Both the position numbers and the translations under genes were made by a program. DNA of 64,000 nucleotides. Source: Macrostomum lignano (lineage: Eukaryota). Below, piece by piece: positions 30,501-43,100 of the stretch (positions are counted from its first letter, which is position 1; each line of letters begins with the position of its first letter). The DNA lies in NCBI GenBank assembly GCA_002269645.1, contig NIVC01000300.1:186001-250000 (forward strand), written 5' to 3'. Below the pieces are notes generated by a model. The model saw nothing but the letters and a program-made list of their open reading frames with translations. It did no database searches and was not told where the DNA came from.

Positions 30501-32879
30501 ATCTTCAGCTGACAATCCTGCGACAGATATTACACATTGTATTGCTGATGAACCTCAACTATATATGCGTGTATTCAGACTCATTGCACCACATTTAGCT
30601 CATATTGCGTAATTAAATTTCACAAGAGAGTAATGCGCCGCAGGTCCACTACCGTTGAACCACCCACGCAAATAAAGTTTGCTCAATTAAGCTTTCACAC
30701 TCCACTTAAGCCTGGAAACTCACTTTTCAATAGCTAGGCACCGAATCTCACCGGCCCCTCTTAATTTAGACACCAACCCCATTAGGCCACCGACCCTCCC
30801 CGGTTTTATTGCTCTACAACCGGCCCCAGTTAATTTAGACACCAACCCCATTAGGCCACCGACCCTCCCCGGTTTTACTAGGACACAAACTAAGCCAAAT
30901 CTTCAACTTGCCCTCTCAGTCTGAAGCGAAATCCAGAGTTTTTCGCCTACCTGCTGGTGCTGCCATGCGTGCTTCTGTCCTCGCTGACCCTGGTCATCTT
31001 CTGGCTGCCGCCCGAGAGTCCTGCCAAGATGCTGCTGGGTGAGTGAGGCAGCTCAAATGCAAGACAGTTATCAGTCAATCCAGAACACGCTCTTGCAAGC
31101 TTTGCTTAGTTCCGAATAAAACACACAACTTCTAACAAAGTGACTCATCACCTGTCCGCAGGCATGAACATATTCGTTGCCTTCTTCCTGCTGTTGCTGC
31201 TTTTGGCTGAATCCACGCCGTCCGCCTCAACCAGCGTCCCCTACATTGGTGAGTCGCACAGTCAGTAACCGGAGCTAAAACGGTTGCTAAAACGGTTGCT
31301 CTTGGATAGCAACCAAAGCCATAGACGCCTGACACTTGCGATAGAGTGTCAGAGGTTCGATTCCGCGTACGTTTGTGCTCCTCATGCGAAAACTGAACTT
31401 TTCACCCGCAGGATTCTACTACTGTCTGAACATGCTGCTCATCACTCTGTCCACTTTTCTGAGCGTCATCGTCATTAATTTGTACTTCCGAGGCGACAAA
31501 CGAAACAGACTGCCCGGCTGGCTTAAGAAGGTTTGTATAGACCGAGTCTAATAAGTGGGTGCCTCCTGTCCTGATGTGGGTGCTTCTGTCCTGAAGTGGG
31601 TGCCTCCTGTCCTGAAGTGGGTGCCTCCTGTCCTGAAGTGGGTGCCTCCTGTCCTGAAGTGGGTGCCTCCTGTCCTGAAGTGGGTGCCTCCTGTCCTGAA
31701 GTGGGTGCCTCCTGTCCTGAAGTGGGTGCCTCCTGTCCTGAAGTGGGTGCCTCCTGTCCTGAAGTGGGTGCCTCCTGTCCTGAAGTGGGTACCTTCTGTC
31801 CTGAAGTGAGTGCCTTCTGTCCTGAAGTTTGTACCTCCTGTACTGAAGTGGGTGCTTCTGTCCTGAAAAGGGTGCCTTCTGTCCTGAAGTGGGTGCCTCC
31901 TGTCCTGAAAAGGGTGCCTTCTGTCCTGAAGTGGGTGTCTCCTGTCCTGAAGTGGGTGCCTTCTGTCCTGAAGCGGGTGCCTTCTATCCTGAAATGGCAC
32001 AGGTCAGCGTGGCATTGGTCATAACTCTGGTCAAAGTTTTTCGCACAAAAACCTGTCAATCCGCCGCCTCCGCAGTGCATCGAATTCCTGGCCAAGATGC
32101 TCTGCATGCGGCAGGTGATCACCAAGAGCGAGACGGAGAAGCTGCGCCTCATCCGTTCTGAGATCAAGCACAACCGGCACCACAACAAAAAGAAGAAGCA
32201 GGGCCGGCGAGCTCAAGTTGTGGAACTGGCCGGCGATACCGGCGGCGGGCCGACCTCCTTAACGTCGCAGAGGTTCCAGAACTACGTCGACGAGGCGTCG
32301 GTGCGCGACTCCATCGCAGCAGCCGCCGCGGCCGCCGCTTCAGGCGGAGGATCCGGTGGTTTCGACTTCCAGCAGCAGCAGCATCAGCAGCAAATGTTGC
32401 TATCCTTGGGAGGCAACAGCGCCGCAAACCACCCAGGTTACCCGGATGAGTCTCTGCTGTTCCATCCGCAGTTCCAACAGCAGCAACAACAGCAGCAGCA
32501 GCAACAGCAGCAGCAGCAGAACCTACTCAAACAGGCTGAAGACTCCACCATCCACCTGACGCAGTCGATGGAAAGCGACCTCCGCGAGATTCGCCGATCG
32601 ATCCGCAACCTGATGATGCGCCTGGCTCAGAAGGACGCCACGCAGAAGGTGGCTCGCGAATGGCGCATGGTGGCTCTAGTGCTGGACAGGATCTTCTTCT
32701 GGTGCTACCTGGTCATCATCATCACGGCCGGCTTCACCCTGCTCATGCCGACCAGCCCGGCCGCGAGCCGGATCGAGGAGACCATCGAGGAGTACAAGGC
32801 CGATTACACGACGGTCCGGCCAGCCCCGATGACCACGGCGCCACCGGAGCCGGCCACTGTGGGCTACTCGATGCTCTGA
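21506..32879 (+). CDS. Nicotinic acetylcholine receptor alpha-type subunit (Cys-loop LGIC), predicted anion-selective; 8 exons, 618 aa
   Basis: Exons 21506-21593 (signal peptide [20 protein letters not shown]), 29232-29425, 29648-29757, 30091-30426, 30920-31038, 31162-31248, 31412-31530, 32076-32879. All GT-AG with compatible phases, total 1857 nt. Motifs: WTPDIVLYN, Cys-loop [15 protein letters not shown], loop B FGSWTYDG, loop C YPCCNEPY (vicinal Cys), M1-M4 helices, M4 region VLDRIFFW. Linking exon 1 across the 7.6-kb intron rests on phase and signal-peptide logic. Confidence 0.93.
21780..22408. repeat. 58-bp (2x29) minisatellite in nAChR intron 1
   Basis: Unit AAACCTTCAGGGAGAATACAAAGTTGTCCAAAACTTCAGGGGTAATCGAAAGTCGTCT, about 10 copies. 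Confidence 0.93.
22878..23347. repeat. 33-bp minisatellite GGGAATCTCTCTCAGATGAGCATGGACTCAATG
   Basis: About 14 units. Confidence 0.95.
23918..24100. repeat. 11-bp repeat CATGGACACAC
   Basis: Degenerate tandem copies. Confidence 0.85.
24101..24755. repeat. 20-bp minisatellite CAGCTGATACCACAGACACA
   Basis: About 32 units. Confidence 0.95.
26050..27100. repeat. 42-bp minisatellite GTGCGATGTGCTTGGTCTTCGTCGACATGACATTTCCAGCTT
   Basis: About 25 highly homogeneous units; four long ORFs on both strands are repeat translations. Confidence 0.97.
29830..30023. repeat. ~20-21-bp repeat (AGCCCTAAGCCAACCCTG[C/G]GAC) in nAChR intron 3
   Basis: About 9 tandem copies. Confidence 0.9.
30762..30878. repeat. 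Direct duplication of ~50-60 bp in nAChR intron 4
   Basis: TTAATTTAGACACCAACCCCATTAGGCCACCGACCCTCCCCGGTTTTA occurs twice. Confidence 0.85.
31555..31995. repeat. 21-bp minisatellite GTGGGTGCCTCCTGTCCTGAA in nAChR intron 7
   Basis: About 21 units. Confidence 0.95.
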
Positions 32880-34169
32880 GCTCCGAGCGGCTGCTCATTT
32901 TTCTCCTGACCGGCTTGAAAGAAGCCAGAAGAAGACTGTGCGTGTGCGATTGACAGAAATTGTGTCTCTTCCAGTAGATGGTTGACCAGCAATTGCGCCG
33001 GATGGACTAACTTTCCAGCTAGCAGACTGTGTTTCAAACGAGCTCGTACAGCACTGCATATAATACTAGTAGTAGTGTACATTAGAATGCATTGTAGTGT
33101 TTTTCTCTTAACCCTCTTACACGGTGAACAGTTACAAAAACACCTGATGGCCACTGATAACGTAATGATACTACTTTCATCTAGGCGTCTGTTTAGAGTT
33201 TTGGTGCAGAAATTTGGGGGAGGGGGGGTTCCTTGGTCCCTTCTATGGCCAAAACCGACAGATCTCATAAACTCTGACAGTGGCCATCAGGTGTTTCAAA
33301 ACCCGCGCTTGCGTCATGCATCAAATCAGAAGGGTTGTTTTGTCATTCAAAAATTTCGTTTCATTTTCTTAAAGTATATTTCAGGATGTTGCACTGGGCA
33401 ATGTATTTTAAGCTACTTACAGTAAGTAGTATAAAGCATCCTACAGTGCAATGGTACAGTGCAATAGTTGCATTGAAAGCAGTATCTAAAAATCAATCAT
33501 TTTTTAATTTAAAATGCAATAAAACATTTAATTTTAAATTTCCCGCTCAAATTTGCAGCACATTTCTGCTTTACTGGAAAACACCGGAAAATTGCGTCAT
33601 TTCCCGTCGTTTTTTGCTGATGCAATAAAATTGAAAAAAAGTTTTGTTTTTCATTCTAGACCTGTAAAGTTGTGTACATTAGCTGCATTATTGTACATTA
33701 AATATATTATAAGTAGGCTCCAGTAGTAAATTGTCGGCATAGATGATGTCGCTTATGTTTATCAAAATAAATTTCGTAAATATTAATGTAATAAAGTTCG
33801 ATAATCAATCAACAACAGCATTCTGTTGCTGTTTTTGAAATCAATTTCCACTGTTTTATTGACACTATGCATAGGGGAAATAAATTCACGCGGCTTGAGA
33901 ATTCTTATAGGTAACCAGTTGCCATGCAGCATAATAGATGCGATCTGAAAATCAATACTGTTTAAAACTGATGAGTTCTCTGCTGAGATATTGTCTGCTT
34001 GTTGGACTTTAGCTACTAAATTTTTACTACGATGTTCTGAGCTCTGTGTAAATAACGCCGATTATTCGGCAGCCCTAAGTTAAACACAACGAGATGCGGA
34101 ACTCTTGTTTTACAAATAGGCTTAACGTCTCGTAATCTGTTCTCTCAGAATAGCATCGCCTAAGCCAAT

Positions 34170-37100
34170 TCAGTCACCCAGCCTCTCCACTGAGAGGTCC
34201 TTGAAGTAGGCGACTCCAAAGTTTTGAGTTCCAACGGCAGCCCAGCCGGACGGCAACTTCTCCCAGCCGGAAGTGCCATTGTAGGCCAGCTTGTGGTTGA
34301 CTCTCAGCTGCACGAAGCCCTTCAGCATCTGCAGGGACACCGAGATCCAGCTGTCTCTGGCCAGCCCGTCAAGCACGGATGAGTACACCGCCTGCTGCAT
34401 GCCTGCGGGTTGTTGCATCGGGACAAAAGTACTTAACCCAAAAAGACTTTTTAATAACCTTTTGTTTTCTCTTCCATGTCTCCATGCTCCGAAGCAACCC
34501 ACCATAGTCCCTGGTCATGAGCAAATCAAGCAGCTCACCATAGTCCCTGGTCATGAGCAAATCAAGCAGCTCACCATAGTCCCTGGTCATGAGCAGTACG
34601 GTGCAGTATCCGCCACAGCCGGGGCCCTGCAGCGGCAGCAACCAGGCAAAAACGCCGCTAGAATGCACCATCGATGCGCCAGCCTGATTGGCCTGCAGCC
34701 CCAGGTAGACACCGGTGCTGGCGTTCGCCCAGATGGGCAGCCACACTGAGCAGTTGATTCTCGAGTCCGTCCAGCTGTAGTCTCCAATCAGGGCGCCAGG
34801 CCTGGGGAATCGGGGATAGCAGGTGTCAACTGGCGGCTGCGTCACCACCTGCGCCATGGCTCGCTTGCCGTCGGGTGCGGAGCGAACCTCCCAGACGCCG
34901 GCCTGAGGTGCAAGGTAGCGCGGCTCCTCCTCATCGCGCAGCTCTGCCACGGTCAAGGAGATGAAAGCGGGGATCGAGGTTGGAAATCAATATTCTGATC
35001 AACTTTGACGAAATCTGGTTGCCAATCTGAGGGATACCACTGAAGGTTACGCAGCCTGTGCTCGTGTAGTTCAAGCGCATGGACCGGTCTTTCATCATTT
35101 TCGCACCTAACCGTCAGTGTGGAGCATCTCAAAGCTTTGTCTAGCTATGGTCTTTGCAACCAAACTTGCAGCCAAACTTGACTGGATTGACCTACTCTTG
35201 GCATGGAACTCATGAGAGCAACGACTAGCGGGCCCGTGTTTCTCGAGGGCCCGACATCGAGGGGCTGGCCGAAATACAAGAAATAACAACTGATAAGCTT
35301 GTAAATTATTGCTCTCGTCTTTCTCATTTTGTTGAAGTCGTCAAGGCTTGTCCGACGATGAACCAGAGATCCAATTGATAAAGGATGCATCTGGCTTGAC
35401 CAAATCCCAAACCATAACCTGAACCCTACCCTAACCCTAACCCAGATCATCGGCAGTCTAATGATGGTATTCTTATTGGCCGTTAGCAAGAACTCCGCAC
35501 CATTGATGTCCTCTCGATAGACATCCGGGAAGAAGGTCTCGTTGGTTGGCGCCTTCTCGTTAACGATCTGAGACGGATCGTCCGTCGGTCCCGCGTCGTC
35601 CATCGTCGTCAGGGTCAGAATGGTGTTCTTGGTCAGCGTCAGCTTTAAAGTGCCGTTAACGACCTGGAATGTTACAACAAGTTTACAAAGCAGATGAGTC
35701 TACTGTAAATAGGAAGAACTGCACAAACCGCACAGAGTTTTTTTGTCATCTTACCGGAAAGTCCGGCAGCTTCTGAAACAGTCGGGCAGTTCGGTTGCCG
35801 TAGTCGAACACGGACTGACGCACTCGGAACCTCGTGATTGACGACTGCATGTAACAGGGAAGCGGTGCGAATTCAAACATTATTTAGAAATGATTTTATA
35901 AAGAATATATGCAATATCACTGCCAGGTGTTGTAAAAATTTAGGGTGTCATCCGTAAAAATTCGCGAGTTTACGGATAACATGTCAGGGTGTTTCAGAAT
36001 GTCAGGGTGTCAAGGTGTCAGGGTGTCAGGCGAGAAACGAAGAAACAGCTGGGACCACATTTCTGAGAGAAGATCGTCTTTGCTATTTGATTCTCGAGAG
36101 CAAATTTGCTGTCAATTGACTGAGAAACCGATTTCCGCTGATTTTATTGAGTCATTGGCCTCCTTTATTAATACCTAAGGTTATTAGATAAAATCTCTTT
36201 GACCGATTTTAATATCCTTAGATTTTCATTGACTGTTGTTTGATTTTTGGTTGATTGATTGATAATCCTATAGTAACGGATAGAAACACAGATTCTGATT
36301 CTGCAATTTCTGGACGAAGACGTCCCTTTTGGAAGACCTGCCTGCTGTCAGAAAATTGATGACATTGTTGACTTCCAAGCTCGAGAGGGATAAAGTAAAG
36401 ACTTCGACACAATTGAACCGTTCCTTGAACTACGCATAAAATCACTCTCGTATCCAACAGAGTTCAGAGCAACGGGAGAACTTACTACTTGTGATCTCAG
36501 GCGCCAAATAAAAGCCTAAACGAAACCGCGACATTAAGTGACCCTTAACCGTGTTTTCAGGCAGTGTAAAATGTGTGCCTTGGGTTTTTGGCCCTCGTAG
36601 GCGTCTCGGGTCTTAAGCGAGCGGCAAGACCCAATTTTACGTGACCGCGCGCTTGGAATCATAAGTAGTATATGTTTCTTTGACGCATAGCCGATTTCCT
36701 TATGGCGAAATACATAGTAAGTACAGCCCCAAAAAATGGCAGAGTCCGAAATTTACCGTGCACGCAAACTAAATTTTAAGCAATGAATTAACCAATTAGC
36801 TGAACTACTTTTACGCAAACACCTGTCTATCAACCTAAACTCTTTCCGCAATGAATGCAGCTAATTACAAGCCTAACCAAAATTCAATTTGACACAAAGC
36901 TTATTTCGCGTAATAACTTTACGCATTAAATTCTTCTTTTCAAGCAGTATTGTATATTTCAATTAGATACAAACACAATTTGACGCACAAATTAGCGAGT
37001 TTACAAATATTGAGGCAGCACTCGTAAAACAAAATTGCGTAATTTAGCATACAAGTATCGAAACGAACCAGTGCGACTTATTTTCCGTTTAAAAACGCTT

Positions 37101-40100
37101 CGAATAAAACACTCTAGGTTTCTTCTGGTAGTCAACTTATGAAAAATAAAAAAATTACCCAAAATCCGCAACTTCCACTCTGTGGGTCTTGGGTAGCAAA
37201 GCGACTATAACACCAATTTTTCGAATTTCCACACTCCTTTCCTAACCATTTTGCTATTCTTGGCAATGGTACTAGACCAAGAGAATCAAAATATTCACCA
37301 AGTCGTTTGCTACCGCCACCTGCTCGATGACCATAAACCCAAACGCATGCCCAATGTTTTCCGGGCAGGTTGGAGACGTCAGTATTAACGATAAAAAAAT
37401 AGTCTTTACCATCTAAAGGTAGGCGTTTAAGTCCACCAACAAAGTTTTGAGGAAAAACACCAAGAAATACAACATTTAAAAAATGTGCGCACAATTTCGA
37501 TACAACATTTCGAAAGAAGCGATCCGTTACTCCACGCTCTAGGATAGAATCAATTACTTCCATACTGTGCCAGGAACAATGTCGCGAAGTTCAGTCAGTT
37601 GCAGTTGCTTGTCAAATATCCCTCCAAATACGACGTTGTACACAGTACTAGTTGCAGCATTGAAGCGTAACTCTAGTTTTACATTTCCTTCCTTATACAG
37701 TTGCACTCCCCGTCCAACACCAGGTTCACTTCCAAGACTGAATGCAAAAATTGAGTAACCATTGGCATACTCTAGCATATCAAATCCAATATCTCGTCCC
37801 TGTAGGTAGATTCCAAGCTGTTGTAGCAAAAAATTATACTCTGTCACACAGTCATCTCCAAAGTTTGTCTGCAGCGGACGCGATGGCACCGAGTCTCCAT
37901 TCACAAACACACCAACGCTGCTCACATTTGCATGCTCAAAGTTGAACGGATTAGTGTCCATGCTTCCATTGAATGCCTTATTGCTTACGATTGCCATCAA
38001 TAAAAGTCGTGGTACTCCACTAGGAAACAAATTTTCATGCGTATGGCTAGACGATCCTCGGGGTATAGTAAACGTACCAAGGCTTAGACTTCGGTGCGGA
38101 TATAATGCATTGTGACTTTTAAGTCCATGAGCATGTGCACTGATAACACTCGGCGAGGGTTAAACAAACCGCAATTGCTTGTAAGACATGGCAGCTTGCA
38201 TCAAGACGGAGTCAATTGTGCGCTCCGACTCGAGTTCGATTTTCTACGTTGGAGAGCAGTCTACAACCACGACTGGTTCGTCCTGCCAGTCTCGATCTAT
38301 TGCATGGAAACCATCAATCGAGTGTACAAAATGGTACCCAATTATATTGCAATCCAAGGCTCCAATGGAGCTTTTTCATGGAATCACAGAAAGGCCAGAG
38401 CTCGATCATCCGTCTTGCAGACACGACTCTCGCGACGCAGTAAGTGTCCAATTTCATCCAGACAGCTGTGATAAGGAACTCTTCCACTCTCTCCGGTGAG
38501 TAGCATATACATACATGTTTAATTTATACAATTAATTATAGGAAACTATAATCATAATTTATATAATGTTTTGCAGTCAAGTCGAAAAAGGTCTATCGAC
38601 CAAGTTGAACGATATTCAAGATGTTCGAACCTTGGCACGACTAACAAAACCAGCTCATCAGCATGCGAACGACGTCCTCGAGTTTGTGCCTCAACAATCG
38701 TACCTACCAAATGACAGTGCAAGCAACGAGCTTGTATTGTCCAAAAGGCTGCCTCGTCTGGCGCATTAAATTCGCTGTGCGCTCTCTAACGCTCATAGAA
38801 TCTTCCGACAACATGTTGCAGCACCTTGGCATGTTCAAGGGAGTGCTTGCACACGTAACTGCGACCAAGCCAGCAATTAGAAGCAGGAGTCCGTCCCCAA
38901 CGTCTACCCGTGACCAAGAAGAAGCAGATGAACAAAGCCGGCAGAATTCAAGCCAGGTGACGCCTGCCAAGTCACCTGCAAAGCGTCGGTCTACCACCAC
39001 CGTATCGAAGAAGTCGACTCCATCGAATGCAGCGCCAGCATCTATTGAACCGGTGGCTAAAAAGCAAGTTCGCAAACGCAGCGGTGCAAAACAGCAAAAC
39101 AATTCTGCCGAAGCTGGTGCAGATGGCACAGACTGGGTGGAGGCTCCACCAGTAAAGATCTTGGTGAGTACACCTGCCGGACCCTCTGGAACCCGGGTGG
39201 CGTCCAAGGAGACAGCATTTTTAAAGCGTGCTGCTGCTGCTGCGGACGCTACTACAGCTAGCGTGTATTCATCGGACGATTCGTACAGCAGCTCTGATGA
39301 TGAGTAACAAATTTTTTGACTAATTTTATCCAAGTTTTAACTAACTTATTCCACTATATTTATCAAATTTTTGGCTAGGAAAACAGTATTATTTTTAGGG
39401 AAAAGCTCAAAATATTTTTTGCTACTCTTTGTACGCCAACCAGGTTTAATATTAGAATTAACAATAGTATAGTCTTGTTAAACTTTTCTTATTATTTATT
39501 TTCCGTTTTAGCGACTTGTCCTATTAATAGTTACTGCGAGTCTGAAGCTGCGTCCGTTTGAAAAATTTGATTTAAAGCAGGCCAAACAGAAGCTACAGAC
39601 CAGAAACCGGTTTTGCAAACTATTCCTAAGCCGACCAACAATGCTAAAGACAATTTATTCAAACGCTAAAATCCAACTTTATCCAGCAGGAAAACTAACT
39701 ATACGAGTATATGGCTGTAAATCAAATTCTCAGATAGTTTCAGTTTTACGATTTATCAACGATACTATTAATTGTGTAGATTTTGATTTGATACAAGGCT
39801 TTATGTTCGATACGCTCGTAGTCGAGCTAGGTGCACACAATGCCGCGTGCACAATGTCAAATCTGCAGAAAAAAAGTTCAGCAATCAAGCTGAGCTGCAT
39901 GCTCACTCGCATGGTGATTGTTTTTCGCCGGAACGATTACTGGCCGGATCACTGCAAAACCTGATCGAAAACTCACCAGATGGGTGGTCCATCACTTTGC
40001 GCGAGTCAGCTCATCGTGGTCGGGTAAATTTTGTCGAATTTACTCCCTCTCTTGAACAACAAGACAGCAGCAGCAGCTCTGGCGAGTTACTTCCTGGCGA

Positions 40101-43100
40101 GTTGATTGCATCTTTAAGAGGACTAATATTTAAAATATTGGAAAAAATTGGCTCACCCAGTTTATTAATAAGAGTCTGTTTTCACTTGAAAGTGACACTA
40201 TTTCGACCGAAAGCAGACGACGACGACAGCGATGGCTCGAGCAGAGAAGAGATCATTTCGGTCTATTTTAATACCAACATTGCGAAAATATCATTTGATG
40301 AGACGATTGCAAACAGTGACATGCTGTTATCTCCCGAGGCCGACAATGACTGGTTCGCACGCGCTACTAATCAGCTGTTAATAAAATTGACAATTTTTAA
40401 ACTCGAGGTAGTAATTGGCAATATAGAGCAATCGAGCAGCTAGACTTGATGCTCTGCGTTTATTGCAAAAGCCATGCAAGCACACTGTCAACAAATACGT
40501 CCCACGATGGTGTGGCGGCGGCGGCGGCGGCGGGCGCGGGGAGTCCGGTCCAGTCCGGTCCTGTCCGATTAAACAGCGGGCGTTTAAAGTTCCAGTCTCA
40601 ATCGGGCGCAAAGCTGGAGCAGTACTGCTTTTAAAGCCGCACAGAGCAAATCAGTACGACTCAATATCGCTACTCAATATTGGCGAGTATATTTCATCCT
40701 TGTGTGCAAAATGCGAAAAGGAAAGACAGCTACGTGCGATGGATGAGAGAATTTAATTTTGGTCGACATGCTAATGGGCCAGCTCGCCATTCAAGTAGAT
40801 CGTACAAAACATTTTGCCGACGCAATCCGAGAGTTAGTCTACGAGTATTTGTGTGGGATCACGAGACCAAGACAAGCCCATTATTTTACTCGCAAAGAAG
40901 CAAATATGATGGCGATTGTTATTTTGCAAGCTGCCTGTTTGTGCCGCGGTATGACGATTTTGAATTTGGCCATTATTTACCAATTCGCAATTTGAACCGG
41001 TTATTGAGCAAGCGAGGAAAACAGCGACGCACTGCACGGAAGAAGATTATGGTCGAGCTTGTGCAGCTTGGAATCAGTTCGAGTGTCGAAATCTTCGAGA
41101 TTACACAACAGCCTATTTGTTGCTTGATGTACTGCTGCTATGCGACGTCTTTGAAAATTTTCGTCAGACTGCGCTGCGTGAATATGGTCTCGATCCGACT
41201 CACTTTTTGGGTGCACCAATGTTTAGCATGGTAGCCTGCCTGTTGCGGGTAGACGAACCAATAAAATTGTTTACCGACGCATCTATGTATGCCGGAGTTG
41301 AGTCCTCCATTCGAGGCGGTTTCAGTTTTGGAACGCGACATGTAACGACGGCCAATAACCCGAGTGTAGCAGAATACAGAAGCGAGTTTGATCGACTTGA
41401 TCCGGACTTTGAAAGCTTGCGAAAAAATGCACCATATGGAACTTATCTAGCATACTTGGACGCTGATTCGCTCTACTCAAGCTGCATGATTCAACCTTTA
41501 CCAGTTGGCGATTTTTTATGGCTATCACGCGATGAAATTGGGAACATTCCAACTGATAGTGTGAGTGCAGATTATTTGGAAAATCCAAGTGTTAAAAGTC
41601 GACTATTGGATTGGTTAGACAAGTTTTGTAAAGACGAACAAGGAGCAATGTTCACTGTGGATCTATATTATCCTCGCTTCTTGCCTGACTCGACAGCAGA
41701 TCTTCCGCTTGCAATTGGTCACGAATTAGTTGGCGAAGACCGACTTAGTGAACAGATGAAACTGGACTGGTTTTGCCTTCAAAGAGAACTCAATCCAGAT
41801 CGTTTTGAAAACGCAACAAGCTATGGTGATGTGAAAGCTTTCAGCAGCTCGACGCAAAAATTGATTGGGTCTGTGCTTCACAAAAAAAGTATGTTGTGCA
41901 TCATCGAGCTCTTCGATTGTATCTAGAATTGGGAATGCGCGTAACGCGTGTTTACCGCGTAATTCGATTTACAGAACGAGCAATTTTGCGATCCTATATT
42001 GAAAACAATATTGAGCGGCGTAAAGTAGCAAAAACTGAATTCGAACGCGACTTTTTCAAAGTGCTAAACAATGCTCTTTTCGGAAAGTTTCTGCAACGAG
42101 TTCGCGATCGACTCAATTTCCGCATGTGTTCAGAAGCTGAAAAATTGGAGAAATATGTTTCTCGAGAAGATTTTCTTGACGTAGTAATTTATAATGAAAG
42201 TCTGGCAGGAGTTAGCCTCGCTCCGCGTCGTGTTGCGCTAGACAAACCGATTATAATCGGTGCTGCAATCCTAGACATTGCAAAGACTCTTGTGTACGAC
42301 TTTGATTACAATCATGTTCAGATTCATCATTCACAAGCAAGTGCTGGGGTACTCGCAGGAGATACTGATAGTCTTATGCTGGCTCTAGTCATGCGTAAAC
42401 CGGACGAGACTCCTTACGATACCTTGTTCAAAGATTTGGCAGAAGAAGGTTTGCTAGACACGAGTAATTGATTCACCATCGCATGCTCTGTACTCGACAA
42501 AGCACAAGGGTCGACTTTTGGCGTGTTTAAAGACGAGTTTAAAGGGTGTGTACCACTGGAACTGGTATTTTTGCGACCAAAAATTACTCCTTCGTGTATG
42601 CCAATGGAACTATAGATCAAGTCTCGCGCTGCAAAGGTGTCTGCAAGACTGTAGCACAAAGTCTAAAGCATCAAGACTATTTGAGAGTTTTGCACAAGCG
42701 ACAACTTGTGTTTTCGCGCATGCAGTCGATTCGCTCTCGAAAACAGAAAGTTTTTTTAATGCAACAAAGAAAACTTGCACTAAGCTTTTTCGATACCAAG
42801 CGATCTTGGACAAGTTGCATCGATTCGCTGCCATTTGGTCACTAGCGCTTGACCAATTAACAATATGCTCTGATCTCTTTTGTTGTACAAAGTATAAATA
42901 GCATGTTATAGAAGACTGTAAGCCATCATTAATTTTCATTGATCGTAATAATTTTTATAGTTAGATTCGTATGACTAGGTTGTAGTGAACGTAAATGTAA
43001 TTGCTAACGTTCATGTTTCAAGAAAAAGAAAAAAACTTTTTTAAACTCTCAGTTACAAGAATCGACAACATGAATGCCGAGCAGCAGCACCAACAGCAAC

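Noticed and set aside
35945-35985. 9-bp-stem hairpin ATCCGTAAA...TTTACGGAT and nearby GTCAGGGT repeats left of the Polinton
   Set aside because: No partner terminus or TSD found, so it cannot be assigned to an element.
38163-38320. Possible upstream continuation of the capsid gene on the minus strand (RLLSNVE..KIEL..SVLMQ)
   Set aside because: It needs a stop and a frameshift, similarity is weak, and it overlaps a plausible plus-strand remnant. The MCP call is limited to 37554-38159.
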